From assembly GCA_965644265.1 (NCBI GenBank), contig OZ286469.1:39804001-39868000 (forward strand): DNA of 64,000 nucleotides, given 5' to 3'. The notes beneath the pieces were generated by a model. The model worked only from the letters and a program-made list of their open reading frames with translations. It was not told the DNA's origin and did no database searches. Origin of the DNA: Glycera tridactyla (Eukaryota). Both the position numbers and the translations under genes were made by a program. Of the stretch, positions 63,815-64,000 are shown in pieces (within the stretch, counting starts at the first letter, position 1; the number at the start of each line of letters is the position of its first letter).

Positions 63815-64000
63815 CACTGATAATTTTTGCAGGTGGTACATGCATCTGTGATGATGGTTGGATGCTGGGAGACTGTAGTCAAGAAACAAGTACTCCTCCA
63901 ACCATCCCTGCTACTCCTCAGCACGTCACATGTGATGAATCATGTGACTCAGTTGTAATCAATGGCAATAACTTCGCTAACCTGGCCACTCTCACCTGTC
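86..64000 (+). CDS. Giant multi-exon VWDE-like (von Willebrand factor D and EGF domain) repeat protein with LamG spacers; partial at both ends; 86 exons, about 5,690 aa in window
   Basis: 86 exons with canonical AG/GT ends join in frame; I saw no stop codon. 15 exon classes recur 6 times with conserved lengths and phases. Motifs: TGDPHY, GLCGT(F/Y)DG (VWD); CDNDCS(G/A)HGxCxxGxCxCDxGWML(G/A)DCS (EGF); LamG-like exon. Confidence 0.9.
930..1006 (+). CDS. Exon B1, VWD start with GDPH
   Basis: 77 nt, phase 0-2; LTIHNVESDVICSATGDPHYVTYDK. Confidence 0.9.
1386..1449 (+). CDS. Exon C1, VWD
   Basis: 64 nt, phase 2-0; GFDNYNEGEFILYRHKTLPYE. Confidence 0.9.
1855..1935. repeat. Compound (GCT)n(GAT)n microsatellite
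   Basis: Direct reading. Confidence 0.9.
2032..2223 (+). CDS. Exon D1, VWD
   Basis: 192 nt, phase 0-0; VRTFLKNCNGAAACNCAVAVRSGDDVI...GYQ. Confidence 0.9.
2636..2847 (+). CDS. Exon E1, VWD end
   Basis: 212 nt, phase 0-2; IFFPSG...GLCGTFDG...LSW. Confidence 0.9.
3219..3474 (+). CDS. Exon F1, Cys-rich post-VWD
   Basis: 256 nt, phase 2-0; VEDPDLSIFSGYCGD...DLDYVP. Confidence 0.9.
4101..4244 (+). CDS. Exon G1, C8-like region
   Basis: 144 nt, phase 0-0; DTTTFVDEETARAEC...CTFDYM. Confidence 0.88.
4926..5106 (+). CDS. Exon H1, C8-like region and EGF start
   Basis: 181 nt, phase 0-1; ATGLIEW...CDNDCSGHGDCV. Confidence 0.9.
5606..5790 (+). CDS. Exon I1, EGF end and IPT-like start
   Basis: 185 nt, phase 1-0; GTCQCDDGWMLGDCS...RFTFIT. 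Confidence 0.9.
6690..6803 (+). repeat. Three-copy 40-41 bp minisatellite
   Basis: CACTATAGGGCA....GACCTACA at 6693, 6733, 6774. Confidence 0.85.
6829..7050 (+). CDS. Exon J1, IPT/TIG-like
   Basis: 222 nt, phase 0-0; VTEVSW...QVKCPLP...ANDGVTFS...IQRK. Confidence 0.88.
7055..7550. repeat. Degenerate (CAT/CGT/CAC)n low-complexity tract
   Basis: Direct reading; source of spurious poly-D/poly-V ORFs. Confidence 0.85.
7591..7702 (+). CDS. Exon K1, Cys-rich motif
   Basis: 112 nt, phase 0-1; SDSCIIGGVCYGDRDRNP...WTID. Confidence 0.88.
8442..9065 (+). CDS. Exon L1, LamG/concanavalin A-like domain
   Basis: 624 nt, phase 1-1; EPVLYLPL...WVYVAGTYD...CVQVYDRVLS...CPY. Confidence 0.9.
9435..9461 (+). 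CDS. Micro-exon M1, linker
   Basis: 27 nt, phase 1-1; pyrimidine tract plus AG, GTGAGT donor; VVMNVGQK. Confidence 0.75.
9924..10183 (+). CDS. Exon N1, Ig-like
   Basis: 260 nt, phase 1-0; YPIISSLPVISLEV...WQLSC...YIEQ. Confidence 0.88.
10553..10639 (+). CDS. Exon O1, Cys-rich
   Basis: 87 nt, phase 0-0; VTCEVSSCYADDCSKECPLTSLPYLPTVV. Confidence 0.88.
10790..10838. repeat. (GA)n microsatellite
   Basis: Direct reading. Confidence 0.95.
11063..11476 (+). CDS. Exon A2
   Basis: 414 nt; VTTEGPLTVTEGG...KTFD. Confidence 0.88.
11959..12035 (+). CDS. Exon B2 (GDPH)
   Basis: 77 nt; VNVNDANNDYECHSTGDPHYLTYDK. Confidence 0.9.
12307..12370 (+). CDS. Exon C2
   Basis: 64 nt; EFDNYYEGEFILYKHTTLPYE. Confidence 0.9.
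13021..13212 (+). CDS. Exon D2
   Basis: 192 nt; ARQFTRACFANVACNC...TKYQ. Confidence 0.9.
13485..13590. repeat. (GT)n/(GTAT)n microsatellite
   Basis: Direct reading. Confidence 0.9.
13628..13839 (+). CDS. Exon E2
   Basis: 212 nt; VVYPTG...GLCGTFDG...LSW. Confidence 0.9.
14579..14837 (+). CDS. Exon F2
   Basis: 259 nt; VEDPDASIYNGYCGD...DLDLVP. Confidence 0.9.
15092..15238 (+). CDS. Exon G2
   Basis: 147 nt; DTSVPSVDEDQARAEC...CTIDYM. Confidence 0.88.
15967..16147 (+). CDS. Exon H2
   Basis: 181 nt; ASGVIEW...CDNDCSGHGTCV. Confidence 0.9.
16561..16739 (+). CDS. Exon I2
   Basis: 179 nt; GTCQCDEGWMLADCS...FTTIT. Confidence 0.9.
17276..17497 (+). CDS. Exon J2
   Basis: 222 nt; VTETTW...CYTCNCLDNTCTQN. 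Confidence 0.88.
18056..18167 (+). CDS. Exon K2
   Basis: 112 nt; ADSCVIDGVCYEAGDQNP...WSQL. Confidence 0.88.
18563..18801 (+). CDS. Exon L2a, LamG part 1
   Basis: 239 nt, phase 1-0; DQPVVFLPLDQC...RITVQ. Confidence 0.85.
19163..19295 (+). CDS. Exon L2b, LamG part 2
   Basis: 133 nt, phase 0-1; GNGTILVWG...KDDNSIR; aligns to (G/S)NGTI(F/L) of other L exons. Confidence 0.82.
20061..20236. mobile_element. Tc1/mariner-type MITE (176 bp)
   Basis: TA|CAGTCGAACCTCC ... GGAGGTTCGACTG|TA: 13-bp perfect TIR, about 26-bp imperfect TIR, TA flanks, internal GGTGGTCTTTATAG subrepeats. Confidence 0.85.
20338..20595 (+). CDS. Exon L2c, LamG part 3
   Basis: 258 nt, phase 1-1; AVSYNNIAM...IAATYD...CLRMFDR...TCPL. 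Confidence 0.85.
20862..20888 (+). CDS. Micro-exon M2
   Basis: 27 nt; PDFNIGIR; GTGAGT donor. Confidence 0.75.
21348..21616 (+). CDS. Exon N2
   Basis: 269 nt; YPIVPARPTIALEI...TFISS. Confidence 0.85.
22310..22396 (+). CDS. Exon O2
   Basis: 87 nt; IECEVTTCYADDCEYTCPLMSEPYIPHVT. Confidence 0.88.
22838..23257 (+). CDS. Exon A3
   Basis: 420 nt; VLTESLTVIEGG...KSLE. Confidence 0.88.
24150..24226 (+). CDS. Exon B3 (GDPH)
   Basis: 77 nt; VLVQDLNNDVECHSTGDPHYITFDK. Confidence 0.9.
24618..24681 (+). CDS. Exon C3
   Basis: 64 nt; EFDNYFEGEFILYRHDTLPYE. Confidence 0.9.
25233..25424 (+). CDS. Exon D3
   Basis: 192 nt; ARTYLKSCYNAVACIC...TKYQ. Confidence 0.9.
25642..25859 (+). CDS. Exon E3
   Basis: 218 nt (2-codon insertion); IVLPSG...GLCGTFDG...LSW. 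Confidence 0.9.
26352..26607 (+). CDS. Exon F3
   Basis: 256 nt; VEDPAESIYNGYCGD...DLDFVP. Confidence 0.9.
27010..27072. repeat. (CAT)n microsatellite
   Basis: Direct reading. Confidence 0.95.
27315..27374. repeat. (CAT)n microsatellite
   Basis: Direct reading. Confidence 0.95.
27466..27612 (+). CDS. Exon G3
   Basis: 147 nt; APIDSDITEEDARAAC...CAIDYM. Confidence 0.86.
28186..28366 (+). CDS. Exon H3
   Basis: 181 nt; ASGVLVW...CDNDCSAHGTCV. Confidence 0.9.
29051..29229 (+). CDS. Exon I3
   Basis: 179 nt; GTCQCDEGWMLADCS...FTLIT. Confidence 0.9.
30070..30288 (+). CDS. Exon J3
   Basis: 219 nt; VTEVSW...CYVCDFINPICERT; acceptor context atypical (GGCGGATAG). Confidence 0.83.
30836..30947 (+). 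CDS. Exon K3
   Basis: 112 nt; DDTCLIDGVCYDADVANP...WSMS. Confidence 0.88.
31190..31385 (+). mobile_element. SINE-like 3' portion with (AAAC)n tail
   Basis: CACGTAAAAGAACC core, GGACGTTAAAC end (31342) shared with the 43715 element, AAAC tail; 5' boundary uncertain. Confidence 0.45.
31463..32089 (+). CDS. Exon L3, LamG-like
   Basis: 627 nt, uninterrupted; MWPVLYLPL...ICPL. Confidence 0.9.
32452..32478 (+). CDS. Micro-exon M3
   Basis: 27 nt; IDDEIGVP; GTGAGT donor. Confidence 0.75.
32878..33131 (+). CDS. Exon N3
   Basis: 254 nt; YPVVTSLPTVNLEV...SIEQ. Confidence 0.88.
33599..33688 (+). CDS. Exon O3
   Basis: 90 nt using the GTAAGT donor (an in-frame alternative GT at 33683 is possible); VTCEVSVCYADNC... 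Confidence 0.8.
34238..34684 (+). CDS. Exon A4 (about 9-codon insertion)
   Basis: 447 nt; LTTDALTVVEGG...GSVE. Confidence 0.88.
35213..35289 (+). CDS. Exon B4 (GDPH)
   Basis: 77 nt; VTIQDVYNDVECHATGDPHYITYDK. Confidence 0.9.
35573..35636 (+). CDS. Exon C4
   Basis: 64 nt; EFDNYFEGEFILYRNKLFPYE. Confidence 0.9.
35808..35979 (+). mobile_element. tRNA-derived SINE with target-site duplication
   Basis: A-box-like TGGTGTTTCAGTGGTAG, B box GGTTCAATCCC, (CATTTC)n tail; flanked by CCTCTATTTGAG at 35796-35807 and 35980-35991. Confidence 0.8.
36157..36348 (+). CDS. Exon D4
   Basis: 192 nt; ARTFLRKCYNTVACTC...TKYQ. Confidence 0.9.
36749..36960 (+). CDS. Exon E4
   Basis: 212 nt; VVFPSG...GLCGTYDG...LSW. 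Confidence 0.9.
37343..37601 (+). CDS. Exon F4
   Basis: 259 nt; VEDAALSIYSGYCGD...DLDFVP. Confidence 0.9.
38015..38290 (+). promoter_or_regulatory. Putative retroelement promoter / 5' leader
   Basis: CpG-rich. TATAAATA about 38016; TGACGTCA at 38032 and 38118; ATTGG at 38070, 38156, 38230; GGTCACATGACTCA at 38169 and 38245; TGACCTAATTCCGG at 38092 and 38271. Confidence 0.5.
38325..39776 (+). CDS. DIRS-like Gag/ORF1 (483 aa, intact)
   Basis: ATG at 38325 (AAACATGG). S/K-rich disordered N-terminus, heptad helix, acidic tract, core PGNC..P...NEE...DLRL...R...LKP...LFG..L, RGG-rich and Q/Y/P-rich tail. Confidence 0.75.
   Translation: MADNGDDMPSLEPQVMSGKKHTRSQNSAASIASTPERTNTKAISPDPTTSGSEKSTKSRPKHDNTSAHHASTSKSGENVPTTKSSSKDSSKSKGKSSDMSALTAAIQQLTNRFDNVDKEIVSLKDSNDKLTKLYTDSQATTSAPPKPAKKRQRVVSISSSDDPASEEGECSDDDEEDDDSGDYFDWDDEEEDTAPDDGDLLDEMVDELNSMYKLVAKKGPDIDDKLFKTLKEMFVSPLSDKDVDTILIKYKAPGNCGFMFDPEITNEEMLKNVPPQVRKIDLRLCRVQLYILKSMISQIELLNDARADKGAFAKKAATSIKNNLALSATEYQEICFQRKYILKPYINADYHSLMKRTDDYSPVTQEHLFGSKLNERIDAINAAKALAYKVGYKPKSRGYSGKHYGPKQSGSGSGSGKPFLGKGRGGYGENRGGRGRGRGRGQGKQTRRSNQYQHQYHNQYQQPHYPNQYYQMPPPLPPAPPRM
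39777..40809 (+). pseudogene. DIRS-like reverse transcriptase, frameshifted
   Basis: Frame 1 FVAASLPEFLPYWHLITKD...KLIEQGVI; the KKDG...(R)MIINL motif is broken by indels near 40045-40076; frame 2 carries YLDD at 40383-40394. Confidence 0.8.
40810..40978 (-). pseudogene. Inverted RNase H N-terminal fragment of the same element
   Basis: Minus strand reads EEAILDVQWWIENAHICPKP...IWTDASEEGWGAAIY...GKWDLVE, the direct continuation of the + strand RT. Confidence 0.85.
41473..41619 (+). CDS. Exon G4
   Basis: 147 nt; DNTVPVVDEETAHAEC...CTIDYM. Confidence 0.88.
41680..41829. mobile_element. Palindromic MITE-like element
   Basis: 31-bp imperfect inverted repeats GGACAAGTTCGGCT..TGACAATTGTAGCA at 41680-41710 and 41799-41829; interior rich in ACAATTGT/ATTGTCG palindromes. 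Confidence 0.65.
42289..42469 (+). CDS. Exon H4
   Basis: 181 nt; ASGIIDW...CDNDCSAHGTCQ. Confidence 0.9.
42494..42560 (-). mobile_element. Retroposon tail remnant with (AATC)n on minus strand
   Basis: Minus strand reads GCCGTTAAACGCC-AATCAATC..., the same end motif as the 31342 and 43715 copies. Confidence 0.45.
42803..42981 (+). CDS. Exon I4
   Basis: 179 nt; GTCICDEGWMLGDCS...FISIT. Confidence 0.9.
43706..43766 (+). mobile_element. 5'-truncated retroposon 3' end with (AATC)n tail
   Basis: GGACGTTAAAC plus (AATC)n, flanked by direct repeat TGCTATGAGATG at 43694-43705 and 43767-43778. Confidence 0.75.
43838..44056 (+). CDS. Exon J4
   Basis: 219 nt; VTTSTW...CYECDYMDNTCQQK. Confidence 0.88.
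44510..44621 (+). CDS. Exon K4
   Basis: 112 nt; VGKCMIDGVCYDDGDKNP...WTIL. Confidence 0.88.
45174..45797 (+). CDS. Exon L4, LamG-like
   Basis: 624 nt, uninterrupted; EPVLYLPL...NCPL. Confidence 0.9.
46222..46251 (+). CDS. Micro-exon M4
   Basis: 30 nt; LPDGPGRDR; GTGAGT donor. Confidence 0.8.
46381..46637 (+). CDS. Exon N4
   Basis: 257 nt; YPMVDAVPMVTLEI...YISE. Confidence 0.88.
47143..47229 (+). CDS. Exon O4
   Basis: 87 nt; IVCEVSSCYADDCAVICPLKSEPYIPSVQ. Confidence 0.88.
47639..48058 (+). CDS. Exon A5
   Basis: 420 nt; VTTVGPLTITEGG...GSID. Confidence 0.88.
48776..48852 (+). CDS. Exon B5 (GDPH)
   Basis: 77 nt; LNIEDVNNDVECHATGDPHYITYDK. Confidence 0.9.
49276..49339 (+). CDS. Exon C5
   Basis: 64 nt; QFDNYFEGEFILYRHTSLPYE. 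Confidence 0.9.
49676..49867 (+). CDS. Exon D5
   Basis: 192 nt; ARTFLQKCYNTVACTC...SKYQ. Confidence 0.9.
50050..50079 (+). other. Decoy duplicate of the first 30 nt of exon E5 with its own AG acceptor
   Basis: Identical to 50140-50169, preceded by TCTTTCTCTTCACCAG; in-frame TGA follows at 50089-50091. Confidence 0.9.
50140..50351 (+). CDS. Exon E5
   Basis: 212 nt; VVYPSG...LSW; a decoy acceptor and exon-start copy lies at 50050. Confidence 0.88.
50916..51171 (+). CDS. Exon F5
   Basis: 256 nt; VEDPEQSIYNGYCGD...DLDFAP. Confidence 0.9.
51839..51988 (+). CDS. Exon G5
   Basis: 150 nt; SGDINGVVTEEEAVEAC...CAIDYQ. Confidence 0.88.
52703..52883 (+). CDS. Exon H5
   Basis: 181 nt; ASGILDW...CDNDCSGHGTCT. 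Confidence 0.9.
53468..53652 (+). CDS. Exon I5
   Basis: 185 nt; GTCICDEGWMLGDCS...FTTIT. Confidence 0.9.
53967..54188 (+). CDS. Exon J5
   Basis: 222 nt; VTTTSW...CLMCDYEDGTCMPA. Confidence 0.88.
55089..55200 (+). CDS. Exon K5
   Basis: 112 nt; VGVCLIDGVCYNDGDRNP...WTID. Confidence 0.88.
55726..56349 (+). CDS. Exon L5, LamG-like
   Basis: 624 nt, uninterrupted; QPVLYLPL...ICPL. Confidence 0.9.
56845..56874 (+). CDS. Micro-exon M5
   Basis: 30 nt; LPDGPGRDR, same peptide as M4. Confidence 0.8.
57296..57552 (+). CDS. Exon N5
   Basis: 257 nt; YPMVDAVPTVTLEI...YIPE. Confidence 0.88.
57952..58038 (+). CDS. Exon O5
   Basis: 87 nt; IVCEVSTCYADDCAVMCPLQSEPYIPSVQ. Confidence 0.88.
58505..58924 (+). 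CDS. Exon A6
   Basis: 420 nt; VTTVGPLTTTEGG...TSID. Confidence 0.88.
59643..59719 (+). CDS. Exon B6 (GDPH)
   Basis: 77 nt; LNIEDVNNDVECHATGDPHYITYDK. Confidence 0.9.
60168..60231 (+). CDS. Exon C6
   Basis: 64 nt; EFDNYFEGEFILYRHTSLPYE. Confidence 0.9.
60588..60779 (+). CDS. Exon D6
   Basis: 192 nt; same peptide as D5. Confidence 0.9.
61193..61404 (+). CDS. Exon E6
   Basis: 212 nt; same peptide as E5. Confidence 0.9.
61910..62165 (+). CDS. Exon F6
   Basis: 256 nt; VEDPDLSIYNGYCGD...DLNFAP. Confidence 0.9.
62426..62575 (+). CDS. Exon G6
   Basis: 150 nt; DGEINGVVTEVEAVEAC...CAIDYQ. Confidence 0.88.
63132..63312 (+). CDS. Exon H6
   Basis: 181 nt; ASGILDW...CDNDCSGHGTCT. Confidence 0.9.
63746..63814. 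repeat. (GAT)n microsatellite
   Basis: Direct reading; ends 18 nt upstream of exon I6. Confidence 0.95.
63833..64000 (+). CDS. Exon I6 (runs off window)
   Basis: GTCICDDGWMLGDCSQETSTPP... Confidence 0.9.

Larger units (their letters stand above)
58505..64000 (+). repeat. Tandem module 6 (partial, exons A-I)
   Basis: Near-identical exons to module 5; runs off window. Confidence 0.85.

Noticed and set aside
63611-63851. Poly-Asp/poly-Met ORF as an acidic mineralisation exon
   Set aside because: Pure (GAT)n in intron H6-I6, ends in a stop before the acceptor, absent from sister modules
86-64000. Cluster of six separate tandem genes
   Set aside because: No stop, terminal exon or signal-peptide exon between modules; all junction introns are short and phase-compatible (not formally excluded without cDNA)

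Overview
Eukaryotic (animal, probably marine-invertebrate) genomic DNA. Nearly the whole window is the interior of one + strand, intron-rich gene; neither its start nor its stop codon is in view. I traced 86 GT-AG exons by hand. They splice in frame to about 17.07 kb of CDS (about 5,690 aa) and form 5 complete and 1 partial tandem modules of about 1,020-1,030 aa (10.5-13 kb genomic each). Each module has the same 15 exon classes (A-O) with the same phases: beta-sandwich (A), VWD domain with a GDPH motif (B-E), Cys-rich/C8-like region (F-H), EGF (H-I), IPT/TIG-like domain (I-J), CxIxGxCY Cys-rich motif (K), LamG/ConA-like domain (L), micro-exon linker (M), Ig-like and Cys-rich segments (N-O). 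This is a VWDE-like core polymerised with LamG spacers into a giant, acidic and probably extracellular protein. Notable irregularities: the LamG exon is split by two extra introns in module 2 only; a truncated DIRS-like retrotransposon (intact gag, broken RT, fold-back-inverted RNase H) sits in a module 4 intron; there is a decoy duplicated splice acceptor in module 5; and the distal modules show recent duplication or conversion. Introns also hold MITEs, SINE-like insertions with target-site duplications and many microsatellites. Domain names come from motif recognition, not database searches.
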